DNA of 64,000 nt from Ruditapes philippinarum (Eukaryota), in assembly GCF_026571515.1 (NCBI RefSeq), contig NW_026862663.1, forward strand, positions 310,001 through 374,000. The letters are read 5' to 3'. The position numbers and the translations under genes were made by a program. The notes below the pieces were generated by a model. That model saw only the letters and a list, made by a program, of their open reading frames with translations, ran no database searches and was not told where the DNA came from. The first letter of the stretch is position 1; the number at the start of each line of letters is the position of its first letter. Positions 1-14,063 of the stretch are shown one piece after another.

Positions 1-75
1 CGCGGATGCGCAGGCTGGTCTGGATCCATGCTGGTCGCAAACGCACTATGTTGGTTTTGTCGTGACGCGGCTCAT
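1..75. mobile_element. Right end of a hairpin MITE, truncated by the window edge; same family as 41709-41945
   Basis: 1-75 matches 41872-41946 almost exactly (cgcggaXgcgcaggctggtctggatccatgctggtcgcaaacgcactatgttggttttgtcXtgacgcggctcat). Confidence 0.85.
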
Positions 76-2499
76 ATTTTTTTTACTGAAAAACAATGTG
101 TCTTCAGGTCAAAATGAATTAAAGAAATCAATATGAATTGTAAACACCCACCTTAACATGTTAAATGATAATTTCTTCCTAGATAATAGAGGCATCTTGT
201 TGTCGACACGATCAACCATTTATATGAATAGTTCAGACGTGCATCTAAAACTGAATGTTTAGTTTTTCAAGCTGACCTTCTGGGAATACACCATATCGAC
301 CGCTTCCAGAACTTTTTTAATTAACTTATTGAATTTTCACAAAACAGTGTGACTGGCATATTAATAGTTACTATAGTTACAGTAGGTCAGATACTCGAAT
401 GTGCTAGGAGTTTCAGATTGTGACACTGTGCTGTGGTATCTATATCAGCTGATTTACATATGATGTCTAAATAAGAGATGATTGGAATATATCAAAATTT
501 AAAAAAAAAAAAAAATTCAATTTATAAGTTCAGACATTACTGTCTTTGAACAGCAACATATTAATCATTCTATATACAAACTGAATCAGTCAGCTCTTCC
601 TGAATATATGTTTGTTAAGAAAAGGAATCTGAAGAATTAAAAATTTAAAATAAATATTATTATCAAAATATCGTATGTAAGAAAAACACAATGGAATAAT
701 TTTATGTACTATGTGAATATGTTAGTGTCACCTTACTTTTTTAAACTAATCAAAAATGAAAAATATTAACGTTTTATCCATCATTAATTAAAGATAAAAT
801 ATTCTCACAAAGGACTCAGATGGCTACATGGTTTAAACTCCTTAGAGCTAACCCAAAATGGCCAAAAAAAAAATCGGACTTAAAAAGGGCTTTCTTAGCT
901 AAAACCCAAACAGTTGATTTTATCATCACCTTTCTGTGAACCAACATCGAAGTGACTGAATTTAATTTGAAATTTGACCTGATAATAATTATAGAGTATG
1001 GCCCGCTCGTCTGTACTTTTAACCTATGCAGAGAAATCGCTGGAATCAATCCAACCATCCGTGCTAAACAAAGTGCCTTGTCGGGTTAAATAGTTTATGA
1101 TGAACTCTACTAAATATAAATCGCCAGAATAGAAATAAATTATTGATGAGCATAGAAAGGCCATGGTACCGTGTATTGATTAGATTTATAAGCACGCGGG
1201 TGAACAGTTCTATGTGAATGACTAACACTTGTGATCCTAACAGCGTTTGTCGCCAGTAATATTTCTTAAAATATGAGCACAACCACGTACTAGTTATATA
1301 TACAATGTAATACGACAGATAGTTGACACCAATTCGATAAATCCTCAGAAATCCACGAGGGTGTACGAGATAACACGGCTATTGAAAATATAGTTCATAA
1401 TATTACTTGTATTATCTTAATGTGACATATAATCAATTCTTTGTCGGAATTATAAAGAGAGAAAAAACATGATAGGAAAGCGAACAAGATGTTTTTATGC
1501 CATAACTTTATAAAACTAGCTTTTGATAAAACACCTCTATATGGGTGAGTTGCCGGACAATTTAGATTATACATTCATGTATGGAACGCCTGGACTGTCT
1601 TATGTTAAGAATGAATGATATACCTGGTTAAATGTCTTTCTGTTGAGTCCGAGATACAAAATGCTGGGTGGAAATCCTAATGTGCTCAGTTATTGAAGTG
1701 CTATGTTGTGTGCTGACTGTATTTTATTCAGTCAAGTCAATGTATTGTCGGGTGCATAAGTCGTTATGTTCAGTTCTTAAAACAAACAAGCATGTGGTGA
1801 CACAATTATGTTGAGTTAAAAAGATATGTTGTAGGGTGTTGCAGTTATTATGTTCGGTTATAATAATATGCTGTTTGGTGCTCTTCTCATCATGTTCAAC
1901 CATGAAAATAAACAGTTGAGTGGTACTATCATTTTGTTTGGCTTAGGCAGTGTATTATTGGGTGATACTTTTATTATTTTCAGATGCAATGACATGCTGT
2001 TGGGTGCTTTATTCCTTCTGTTCAGTCGTGAAATAGAACTGTTAAATGATACAATCATTATCTTAAATGGTACTATCATTATCTTGTGTGCTGATATCAT
2101 CTTCTTCAGTCAAGTCAATGTATTGTTCGGTGCAAAGGTCGTTATGTTCAGTTGTTTTTTGGTACTATCATTATGTTCAGTTCAGATGATATACTGTTCG
2201 GTGTAGAGGTCATTATGTTCAATAGTGAACACAAACTGTTGTGTGATACCACAATTATGTTGGGTTCATTCGGATATTTTCGGGCAACAGATGGGAGCGA
2301 CTAATTTCCATAGGTCACGTCGAGGCTAATGACCACTAAATTGCCAAAACAATTTTCTTCCCTGTAAATATCATCGGGGGCTTAAGAACGTTATTTTCAT
2401 AAATTGGACTTTTAAATACCCAATGGGTAATTTATTTAGTTAATTCATGACTATGCTTTACTGTTACAGTCATAATGGGTACAGTATATAAAACTTAAA

Positions 2500-3430
2500 A
2501 TATGGGTAAGGGTAGCCTGTTAAAGTCCACCGTAAATAAAACTTAAAATGTATCTGTTTGGTAACCTATAAGAGTCACAAATGGACACAGCAAACGAAAT
2601 TTAAAATATAAAACATCATATACAAGTAAGGGAACCCTATTTGAGTCACACATGGCCACAGTATATGGAGCATATAAGTAAGGGTAGCCTATTAAAGTCA
2701 CATATGGCCACAGCATATGCAACTTAAAATATATGTGTTGGTAACCCATTTGAGTCACACATAACCACAATAAATGGAACATAATATTTAAGTAAGGGAA
2801 ACCTATTTGAGTCACACATGGCCACAGTATATGGAACATTAAATATAAGTAAGGGTAGCGCAATAAAGTCACACATACCCCCATCATGAAGAACATTCTA
2901 TATAAGTAAGGGAAACCTTATTGAGTCACACTAGGCCAAAATATATGGAACATTATGTTTAAGTAAGGAAAATCTATTTGAGTCACACATGACTAAAGTA
3001 TATGGAACATTATATATAAGTAAGATAAGTAAGGGTAGCCTAATAAAATTAGACTCAAATACATTTCCCTGAGTTAAACAGTATGTCTAATATCTTGTGG
3101 CCATGTGTGACTCAATTAGGTTTCACTTACTTAGATAGAATTTTTTTTATACTTTGGCCATGTTTGACTTTATTAGGCTACCCTTACTTATATATAATGT
3201 TCCATTTACTGTGGTCATGTGTGTCTCAAATGGGGGTTTCCATACTTATATTTAACGTTCCATAAACTGTGGCCATGTGTGACTCAAATAGGTTTGCCTT
3301 ACTTGTATATTATGTTTCATATTTTAAATTTCGTTTGATGTGTCCACTTGTGAGTATAAAAAGTTACCAACACATATATTTTAAGTTTTATTTACGGTGG
3401 TCATGTGTGACTTGAACAGGCTACCCTTAC
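2500..3430. repeat. ~57-bp tandem units in the foldback centre, + orientation 2500-3050 and - orientation 3095-3430
   Basis: aagtaagg recurs at 2790, 2847, 2904, 2961; reverse-complement copies follow after 3095. Confidence 0.8.
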
Positions 3431-3729
3431 CCATATTTTAAGTTTTATATACTGTGCCCATTATGACTGTAACAGTATAGTATAGTCATAAATTAACTTG
3501 ATAAAATACCCATTGGGTATTAAATATGCCATACGATCTGTCCAATTTATTGAAATAACGCTCTTAAGCTCCCGATGGTATTTACGGGGAAGAAAATTGT
3601 TTTGGCAATTTAGTGGTCATTAGCCTCGACGTGACCTATGGAAATTAGTTGCTCCCGCCCGCCATCTTGTTTGACGCGAACATATCCGAATGAACCCAAC
3701 ATAATTGTATGACCACTCAGTGCATTGTC

Positions 3730-4530
3730 AAATGACTTGTGCACCGAACAGTATATCATCTGAACTGAACATAATGACGGTATCACACCACAGTTTGTGT
3801 TCACTACTGAACATAATGACTTCTGCACCAAACATTATATCATCTGAACTGAACATAATGACGGTATCACACAACAGTTTGTGTTCACTACTGAACATAA
3901 TGACCTCTGCACCAAACAGTATATCATCTGAACTGAACATAATGACGGTATCACACAACAGTTTGTGTTCACTACTGAACATAATGACTTCTGCACCAAA
4001 CATTATATCATCTGAACTGAACATAATGACGGTATCACACAACAGTTTGTGTTCACTACTGAACATAATGACTTCTGCACCGAACAGTATATCACCTGAA
4101 CTGAACATAATGACGGTATCACACAACAGTTTGTGTTCACTACTGAACATAATGACCTTTGCACCAAACAGGATATCATCTGAACTGAACATAATGACGG
4201 TATCACACAACAGTTTGTGTTCATTACTGATCATAATGACATCTACACCGAACAGTACATCATCTGAACTGAACATAATGACTTCTGCACCGAACAGTAT
4301 ATCATCTGAACTGAACATAATGACGGTATCACACAACAGTTTGTGTTCACTGCTGAACATAATGACTTCTGCACCAAACATTATATCATCTGAACTGAAC
4401 ATAATAACGGTATCGCACAACATTTTGTGTTCTCTACTGAACATAATGACCTCTGCACCGAACAGTACATCATCTGAACTGAACAGAAAGACCTCTGCAC
4501 CGAACAGAATACCATCTGAACTGAACATAA
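3730..4530. repeat. 84-bp tandem array (two related 42-bp subunits) expanded in the right arm of the foldback
   Basis: acataatgac(t/c)tctgcacc at 3811, 3895, 3979 and onward. The left arm (~1700-2260) has fewer, more degenerate inverted copies. Confidence 0.9.
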
Positions 4531-6282
4531 TGATAGTACTATTCAACAGTTCTATTTCACGACTGAACAGAAGGAATTAAGCACCCAACAGCATGTCATT
4601 GCAACTGAAAATAATAAAAGTATCACCCAATAATACACTGCCGCAGCCAAACGAAATGATAGTACCACTCAACTGTTTATTTTCATGGTTGAACATGATG
4701 AGAAGAGCTATTTTAACCGAACATAATAACTGTCACACCCTACAACATATCTTTTTAACTCAACATAATTGTGTTACCACATGCTTGTTTGTTTTAAGAA
4801 CTGAACAGAACGACTAATGCACCCGACAATACATTGACTTGACTGAATAAAATGTAATCAGCACACAACATTACACTTCAATAACTGAGCGCATTTGGAT
4901 TTCCACCCAGTATATTGGGATTTTGACCCAGCATATTGTATCTCGGAGACAATAGAATGACATTTAACCATGTATATCAGTCATTCTACACATAAGACAG
5001 TCCAGGCGTTCCATATTCATGTGTGTAATACAATCGTGCTAGTCACCTAGGGCGCCTTGTTAATGTATGTATGTACATGTACTGTCTGCCTCATGTAGCT
5101 ATTAATCCAGCTGTTTATTGTTATATTATTGCCATTAATGGTAAATATGTTTCCAATAATGAGTGTCGTGACAAAAAGTTAATATTGTATGTATTATTAC
5201 TTGCAATACGTTCATTATAGCAAACCATTTAAACAGAAACAATTTGCACGTGCCACTTTATGTGATATAAACATGGAAAACATATACCAATGTCTAAATA
5301 ATGTACGTGCCTTCAGATAAATTACACTAACATTAACATATACATGTAGTCGAGTAAATCTATAGCAACTGAAACTATTCACTCCAGAAACTAAATGGGC
5401 CAAATCATGTATATACATGTATTAGAAACACAATCAATTTTAAAACTGTATTAAATTACTTCATTTTTTTGTTACCGAAAGATGGATCGTTACAGAGAAA
5501 AAACTCGCAACTAGAATGCCATAGGTCTGCCATTAGTTAAATACAAGCTCTCCTCAAGATCAATACAACCCTGTATAACAGCCGCATGTTTATCTTTACC
5601 AGCTTAATATTAAGCTTTATCAATAATATCATTGTTTTTAAAACTTCCTCTATTACAAACAACAACAACCCTACAAATAAACATTGATCAACTTGAAAGA
5701 AAATACAACATGTACATCATCTTCTTACAACATAAAATAACACATACCTCGGCTACACATCAATTTCTGTACACTTTGTGTTAACTTGGCAGTAATCCAT
5801 TTTATAATTCCATACAATGTGAATGATTTGGTTACAGGAAAAATCTCCAAATTATTGTAATAAAGTCAGAACAGCAAGGCTGATGGCCCGGTATCGGAAA
5901 ATGTATGACCAGATCTCATCATCGTTTACCTTTACAGGCATTTTTAGAAACAGTTCCATGAACAGCAAGAGAGGTGTATTGATTATTGATTATCAATTTA
6001 ATATAGACAGGAAGGAGAAATGCTCAAGCTCCCGAGACAATTCTGCAATCTATAAAACTACACTAGCAGTACGAGAGTTCATCTAGCAGTTTTCAACGAT
6101 ATTTTCTCGATTTCAGTAGCGCTATAATTTTCTAGAAGAGTAAAGCTCATGCGTTTTATGTCTTTTATAACAGCAATGATTGTAAAAAAAAGGATCAAGC
6201 ACATCTACAAATTAAGTGTTGTTATATGATGTTTAAAATTCTTAAGCCCTTCATAGTGTAAATCAATATTCATGTGAAAGAA

Positions 6283-6960
6283 AAACAAGAGCCACTGCCT
6301 AACATGGGCCACGCTCGACTTTTTCTTATTTATTATACGATGCACATGTAGTAAAGACTTCTCCTACAAAACACATTATTTTGTAATAAATAAGTCAAAT
6401 TTCATATTTGACCTTGATGGTCAAGGTCATTCAAAGGTCAATGTCAAATTAGAAATAATCATCATGTCGGTTTTGTCACAAGTGTTCCTTTGTCCATGAA
6501 TGATTCAAATTCATAACAATTTAACAATTTAAGCAAATTTCAATTATTTGGCCTTGACGGTCAGGGTCAAATAAAGGTCATAGTCATTTCAGAATAATTC
6601 AACAAGTCGGTTTTGTCAAAGTATGAATCAAATCTTTACATAAATAACAAAGTTATGACAATTGAAGCACATTTCAAAAAATATGACAAAAAGTAAAATA
6701 AAGGCCAAAGTTATTTTTGAATTATTCAAAATACGGGTTTTGTCATAATGGGTATTTTGCCCAAGCATAAATCAAATCCATTAGAAATGCAACATTATGA
6801 TCAACTGTAGTAAAATTCATTAATTGACCTTAAGTGTCAATGTCAAATTAAGGTCAAGTTCAATTAAATTTTCTATAGTTTTTTGTCCCAAAAGCTGAAG
6901 TTAAATGTAACTGACGACTAAAGGTCAAAATGAGTTTGATCATTAAAAGACTTAGTCCTT
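6283..6960. mobile_element. Degenerate Helentron/pearl-like non-autonomous element with decayed internal tandem units
   Basis: Starts aaacaagagcc, followed by repeated ttgacctt..ggtcaaggtca..aaaggtca motifs at ~6408, ~6550, ~6824. Assigned by resemblance to mollusc HINE-type repeats. Confidence 0.4.
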
Positions 6961-7879
6961 AAAGATATAAAGTTGTTCCCACTTTTAAGTGAAATTTTAG
7001 AAATGTCTATAATTATGCTTGTCAAACAATTTTCAAACATCGAAGAATAAAATTATGTAAAATATGTACTGCAAAAGTTAATTTGCATTATAAATAATCA
7101 TTAGAATATATGCATTCATTTCTTATTGAAAAATTTGACTTAGACTTTAAAGAAAATAAATTTCTAATTACCTCCCTTTAGTAACAAGAAAATGTAAATT
7201 CAGTAATATCTTTACAAATAATGCGTTTTGGAACTTACAATATTGATAAATCTCCATTTGAGCATTTTATGTTTTATATATAACCATAAAAAATGTGTTA
7301 CAGGATCTTTAAGGTTGTGTTCAACTATGAAGACAATTCATTACGAAATAGAAAAGGTCAACGTTAAAGTTCAACCTCTTTGGATTTCAAGCAATTTTGA
7401 AACTGACGTATTTGTTCAAGGGTCCGACATCAATTTAATGCGTTTAATTTTAACGTGTAATGATACAACATAATATATTAAGCATTTTACACTGCTTAAG
7501 AATGTCGTTGACAAGACAATACAAATACTTTGAACACCGTTCTGTCTACATACTCTTATTAATTTCAGCCAGAACAGTGGTGATTAGCAGGTAAGAAATG
7601 TAGGTTAACTGTAATGTAAACAAAATATGCACGTGGATTTTTCTATCATGCAGTACGTACCATCTTTACCATAATAATTAAGACACACATATTATAGTAT
7701 CTGCCTCATAATCTGAATAATGTACGTAAACATACATTACTTTGCTTATATAGTTCAATACAAGTCAGAATGGAAGCTCCGGAAATTATCAAGTTATGCT
7801 TATTTAAATGGATATCACAATTTAAAAGAGATGCCCTTGGCTTAAAACTACTCACAGAAAAGCGCTATCAAATGCACAA

Positions 7880-7964
7880 TTTTCGTGCATTTACATCTGC
7901 ATTAGCCGTCATACTGTCATATGGACTCAGGCCTCATGTGTCTGCAGATGTTAATGCACGAAAA
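7880..7964. repeat. Hairpin with 22-bp arms (21/22 match), probably the core of a small TE
   Basis: ttttcgtgcatttacatctgca ... tgcagatgttaatgcacgaaaa. Confidence 0.6.
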
Positions 7965-8270
7965 AGGAGTGAATTAACCCTCTATAATGTTTTGTTGCAT
8001 AAGGCTATCACCGGTCAGAGCTTATTATGGTATTGAGAATAATATACAGACCATTTCATCTCGCTCATTATCATTGTTTGGCCTTAAAAAGCCTTGATCA
8101 GTCAAAATTTGGTAATGCAGCATGCTGTAACAAGTGTAGGCTTGACGTATTGGGGATCATACGCCGCTTTTCATGGTACATTGAAGGTTCCATGATAACC
8201 GCCATATGAACACATTTGCGGATGTTTATAAATTTAAAATTTCACCATTTTAATGTTTAAATGTTGAATT

Positions 8271-8400
8271 CTGCTTAAGCCGGTGCTAGGGGGCGTGGAT
8301 TTTCCAGTACCGTCCATGAACAGGCTCGATCAAACCGAGCCTGCAACATTTTCAATTTTGTCGTTTTGGGCGATCTTTAGGGATTTCGTTTTCTCTATTG
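8271..8400 (+). repeat. Dispersed repeat containing a CAGGCTC-N9-GAGCCTG hairpin; related copies at 22663-22790, 25312-25380, 25966, 26244
   Basis: ctgcttaagcc...ggcgtgga...cgtccatgaacagg...aaaccg(a/t)gcctgca.cattttca.ttttg.cgttttgggcg is shared by 8271 and 22663. Confidence 0.7.
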
Positions 8401-11400
8401 TGCTATAATTACTCCCCAAAAATGTACTCTTATCTATCAATGCAGAGGTTCAATAAACATGCATTCACTTGAAGTTTGACATGTTATCAATACAACGTCT
8501 CTTTATCAATGACAAATTTGTAGTTTATTCCATAAAAAACACAAACGATAGAAACTCGACTATTTCAAAGTCTGATTAAAAAATGTTGTTAAACTTAATA
8601 ATACAATGTATAAAAATCCTCAAAATCAAATGAAATTCAACGAAATTCTTAAAATTTCTGACCTCATCATTATTGTGTATACCTGTCCATTTTCTGCAAA
8701 AATTCTAGTGCACTAGCTTATGAGATTATACAGATTGTCCTATATAGTGCACCAGTCAACATACAGATTTTGCACCATTGTTTTAAACGTGTTAACTACA
8801 GCACAGTTCATAAACATTAATATTGGTTGCGAATTGATTTTGTTAACAAGTAGAACGGACAAGGTTCGGAAAAATATGCGTGCTTGCGTGCATAAGTGCG
8901 TGCGTATGTTGTTGCGTGCGTGTACACGTTATTGTCACGAGTACTAATTACATTTATTTGCGCGCCAACTTTCACTATCACGTAACAAGCTTAATTTACA
9001 AAAAAATCATTTCTTAAGCATTGACTTAAAGGTCCAATTGAATCTGACGTTTTAAGGTGAATGCTAATACATTTGTGTATAAGATGTGTTCTTTTTCTCG
9101 TTTAAGCTCTAGCAGCCCCTTAAAGCGACCTACTAAGTTATCTTGATCACGTGTGAATGGTGTCCACTGGGAGCACTTCGGATTTGTAATCGGATCAAGA
9201 GGTCCCTGATTCGATCTTCTAGCGAGGCGAAATTTTTCCGTGACGGTCACGTGTCTCTCAACGCTGATTGAAAAAAAAATGTGAGATTAGTTTTCCGGAC
9301 ATTTGCGACTCCGAACTGTCAACATTTTCAAAGGGTCTATTTAAAGTTCATATACGAAATTCGTGAAAATGTCAATGATAATGTTTTCTCAGGCCGACCC
9401 ATTTGATGTATAAACAAAACAGGTTTGTCAACATCATAAAACAATGGTGACATATTCAGTTAATACCAATAAAACTATTTAGCCTGTATGATGAATCGTT
9501 TAACTTTTAAAGTGATCACAATACGTGAGATTCCCGGATTTTTCGGACGGATGGTTTCGGGATTTGCGGACGGATGGTTTCGGACAGACGACGGGGAGTG
9601 TATTAGAATAATAGCCACCTCAATTTACTTTCGTTATCTTCAAATATGTAACAGATCTATGGCTTCGTGCCCTGGAGCAATGCGCTTTAATTTGTGTCTA
9701 TTGATGGTTATCTGTAACATGTTTAAGGGCAAATAATTTTCAATAATAGCTTTGTGTGAACTCGAACAGAATTTAATTTCGTCAACAAAGTAGTTTGTAT
9801 CCTAATAAATCTATAACACGTTTATACTGGGAACAAATCACGCCCACACTTCAAAATTGAATTCATAAATATATCCATTTAAGTTGACAACAGTGCTATA
9901 GGTAGCAAAACATTCCAATTAAAATGTATGGACATTTAAATTTCTTCATATTACTTGCAGCAACCAAACCCTTATAAAAGATAAATTAAGACAATAAACG
10001 GTTGTTGCTACAGAAATATTAAAGAAGAGTTAAAACGTACTAAGTGACATTATGCACATTTTTTTCATTGTCAAGCTACGTTGAATTGAATTACACATGT
10101 ATATATTCAAAAGATTGACTGTTTTAATGATATTTGACCAGCAATTGATGTGGATAATATATAAACCTGCTGTATGTATATGCTAATGTAATAAAATGAG
10201 TGTCAAACTATTTTTTTTAAATAAATTGAACGTTACAGGTAAATCCAAATGGATATTTACAGAAATATCTTTGGGCCATGTGAGTTATTCATTGTTCATG
10301 CGAAGTTAATTATAAAATTAATGAGTTATGACAAAATGTTAACTTATTTCAACTTTTCACCTGTTCACTCACTACTGGGAAAATGTCGACAAAGATGAGC
10401 ACAGTAAAATAATCTAGCGGTATAAGGTTGTTCATTAAACAAGTCATGTGTAGACTAATATAGGGAAGTATTTGTGGTATACTTTATAACATACAGAGAC
10501 ATTCAAATGCTAGGGGGTTTTGAGAAAAAAATGACATCCGTGGTTTTACACAAATGTTGTTGTTACGCAGTAGTTTCATCCCAATAACATTACATTTAAA
10601 TCCACTTTACGTTAATGGCCTTTCGAACATTCAAATAATATAAATGAACCGGAATGTTACCGGAAATGAATATTTTTCGTTATATTAATCTGCTGAATTT
10701 GAACACTCCATTTAAATATTAAAGGTATTTCACCATCAATATACAAAGATCAAGCAAGCCTAGTCAAACTGCATAGAATATGAAGCTGATGACAATGGCT
10801 TAACACTTTCAGTTAACACACTACTTAACCTTATATATTAAACAATAGTCCCCTCAAGAAACGTGCTATATTAAATTAAACAATGTACATCAACCTACAC
10901 CAACCTAACAAAATTTTACATCATTGTAATGATCACATTAATCTTACCTTATATGAAAATAGAATCAAAATACTTAAACTTCCCCATCCATGTTTCACAA
11001 GCTGACACACCCGGTGTGTTTCATTTATAACAATAACGCTGTATCCGTTTTACGGTTCACCCGCGTTACCGTATTTATTCTATTAACTGCGGATCTTAAA
11101 TTTGTATTTGCACAACCTGCCTTATACTTGAGCATTTACGTGGGTTTAGTGATTTTTTTAAAATAATGAATTGTATTGCTTAAATCAATAAATTCAATCA
11201 CAATTTCGTTTTGAACTACGTGACAACATAAATATGTTAGATAACGTTCTTGTTTAGATATCTCGGTTCGCGCTAGGTAAATAAAAGGTGAGCGCTGTTT
11301 TACTTAAGCGAGACGAAATAGTACGCGCACACACACTTTTGCATATTTAAGTTAAATGCAATCAATCATGAACAAACTTTTAGCGAAAATTAATACAAGA

Positions 11401-11523
11401 TTCCAGATTTCATTTGCATAACACCAGAAAATCACAGACTCATGTGGCCGACATTTACATACTATATATAACTACAGCAATTTAACATTGAATAATACAT
11501 TTTGTAATTAAAGTACCATGATA

Positions 11524-11613
11524 ACATACATACATGCATGCATGCATGCATGCATACATACATACATACATACATACATACATACATACATACATACATA
11601 CATACATACATAC
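11524..11613. repeat. Compound (CATG)n/(CATA)n microsatellite
   Basis: Read directly; explains the overlapping MYVC-type ORFs. Confidence 0.95.
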
Positions 11614-12239
11614 ACACCACAACACATGCATATAATACATATATAACCACATATACATATAACGGGCGTGCCAAACGCAACAAGAGAATCTGACAAAAAA
11701 TGGAAGTAGATCAAATGGACTATGGATGCGTAATTTAAACAAGTTTGTGCATAAATACTTCAGAATAACACGTACATGTAAATTACACAATTTGCCTATT
11801 CTAATTATGGCCAGTCTTTTCAATGTTCTATCACATCTTATGAATAAAACATTTAACAACATATGTTGGTATAATCGTTTTATAGAAAATGAATTATCCA
11901 CTAAAATACCTCTAAAAATGATCGAAAGCTCAATAACTTAATTTGCATAAATACATTTAAAAAATGGCCCTGGTTTGCATCATCTGCATGCATCACAAAA
12001 TCTTAAACAAATCAAACTTTAACATTCCCACAATCGCCAAGCTCAAGATAAATACTATGAACACTTGGTAAGTGCCCTCTTAAGATAAATGATGCATGCG
12101 ACATGTATGTACAATGTAGGCACTCAAAACAATCACAACGCGGATCTGACCTGGATCAGACGACAAGAAAGCAAAACTAAATAGACCTGACGGATCCAAC
12201 TTTGTTATTACAGTTGTCGGTGATGATGTGTGATGTGAC

Positions 12240-12407
12240 NNNNNNNNNNNNNNNNNNNNNNNNNNNNNNNNNNNNNNNNNNNNNNNNNNNNNNNNNNNNN
12301 NNNNNNNNNNNNNNNNNNNNNNNNNNNNNNNNNNNNNNNNNNNNNNNNNNNNNNNNNNNNNNNNNNNNNNNNNNNNNNNNNNNNNNNNNNNNNNNNNNNN
12401 NNNNNNN
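12240..12407. other. Assembly gap (N run)
   Basis: N run. Confidence 1.
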
Positions 12408-12690
12408 AAAATCTAAAAACTTCTTTTTTGGTTAAAATAGACTATGTGGCATGCGGCTTTTCTTCAACAATGCAATTAAAAGTGAAAATCGAGTTCCATT
12501 CAAGGACAGGCGAGCCTGTGTATCAATGTCAATGTAAAACTACGAAACGTTCCAAGCACAAAACAGGCCAAGTTAATCAGAGCAAATAAATTCTAGAGTA
12601 ATACGCATCTACAATTTGAATAACGTTTGTTATTTCATTAATTCATTACTTTTATGAGATATCATTAATTTGACACGATTAATGATAAAC

Positions 12691-12773
12691 CATCGTCGGA
12701 TACCCACGGCCGAACCATTAACATTTATAACATGTTATGTGACATGTTTATCAATAGTGGGTATCCGACGATG
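12691..12773. mobile_element. 83-bp MITE with perfect 17-bp terminal inverted repeats (TIRs)
   Basis: CATCGTCGGATACCCAC ... GTGGGTATCCGACGATG; flanks ataaac / atgaac (6 bp, 1 mismatch). Confidence 0.7.
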
Positions 12774-13107
12774 ATGAACACGACTTTCATTATACCTTGT
12801 GAATTTGGCCTGTATTGTGCCCAGAAATTTTACGTAGTAATACATGTATAAGCAGACCAGTTATAATTTATCCAATACAACCAAAAATAGTGTATAATTA
12901 TAGTGATTCATATAAGATATTCTTAGAATGTTGTTTGACTATCGTTTAGTCATAAGTGAGACTGCATCATATGATGGTTTGATGTTGGTGGGACTACAAT
13001 CGTGATTACACCATGTTGTCTGACATTATGTTGTAGTTGTAGTTTGGATGTTAGTTGGACTGCCAGCCGATATTCATATTACCATATTGGACGATGTCAT
13101 AGTCTTA

Positions 13108-14063
13108 AGCTACAGTCTCACTTACATCCTGGCAGAGCTCCGGCAGAGCCCCGGTAGACGTCCGGGGTGATCCGGGAACGACCGGGGTACGACTGGGAAC
13201 AACCGGGGTACATCCGTAACTCTGCCGGCAACGTCCTGGATGATCCGGGATGATCCGAGAATATCCGGCATTCGACCCCGGATGGAATAAAATATTTAAT
13301 ATCACCGGGGTGGTCCGGGATGATCCGGGAAGGTATAGCTTTGCCGGCTTCATCCTTAGCTCTGCCGGGAACGACCGGGGTTATACCGGGAAAGCACCGT
13401 AGCTCTGCCGGCACAAACCGGGGATGATCCGGGGTATGCTATAGCCGGTAGAGCTACGGTAGAGCTACGGTAGAGCCCCGGTATATGCCGGCAGAGCCCC
13501 GGTAACTACAGGCAGAGCCCCGGAGGATAAAGGTAGGGCTACGGTTGATCCCGGTAGAGCCCCGGTAGAGCCCCGGCAAAGCCCGGATCATTTCAAAAGA
13601 ATAAGGACAATTTGCGATGGTTGAACTTGTTTGTATTAAAAGCCTTCCCATTTCCCTTCTATCCAGTATGGCATAAGGATATTTCAGAAAATCATCATGA
13701 ATTACTATTCTGGAACAATAGATATTATATTAAATAAAAATTATGTATCAAAGTTATCATTTTCGGGCGTTTTCAATCCACCGGGGTTCTACCGGGGCTC
13801 TACCTGGATCGTCCTAGGCTCTGCCTGGATCGACCGGGGCGTCATCCGGGAACGACCGGGGAAGCACCGGCATGAACCGTAGCTTCACCTGGGCTCTGCC
13901 TGGATGATCCGGAGCGCATCCTGGGTGGTTAGTAGGGAACTACCGTAGTGCTGCCGGGGTAAGTGTGACCGCAACAATAATTTCATCCCGGATGGTCCCG
14001 GATCATCCCGGTAACTTACCGGGATGGTCCTGGGCTCTGCCGGGAGTAAGTGAGACCGAGGCT
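13108..14063. mobile_element. Non-autonomous PIF/Harbinger-like element (956 bp, TTA TSD)
   Basis: TTA at 13105-13107 and 14064-14066. Imperfect TIRs agctacagtctcacttacatcctggcagagc / gctctgccgggagtaagtgagaccgaggct. GC-rich CCGGGG/CCCCGG subterminal repeats surround an AT-rich core (~13590-13780). Confidence 0.75.

Larger units (their letters stand above)
1581..5014. mobile_element. 3.4-kb non-autonomous foldback-type DNA element; the whole element is an imperfect palindrome with an 8-bp TSD
   Basis: Termini ATGGAACGCCTGGACTGTCTTATGT / ACATAAGACAGTCCAGGCGTTCCAT. ATTCATGT flanks both ends (1573-1580, 5015-5022). Arms stay inverted inward (e.g. 2290-2410 vs 3540-3660) to a centre at ~3050-3095. 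No transposase ORF. Confidence 0.85.

Noticed and set aside
3705-4580. 291-aa and 272-aa repetitive ORFs on both strands
   Set aside because: By-product of a stop-free 84/42-bp tandem repeat (period divisible by 3) inside a foldback element.
5993-6049. Possible minus-strand terminal exon IAELSRELEHFSFLSILN*
   Set aside because: Only 18 codons and no supportable upstream exons; compatible with chance.
11462-11901. Overlapping MYVC-repeat ORFs
   Set aside because: Translation of a tetranucleotide microsatellite.
13105-13882. GC-rich short ORFs
   Set aside because: They lie in subterminal repeats of a non-autonomous transposon and have no protein-like features.
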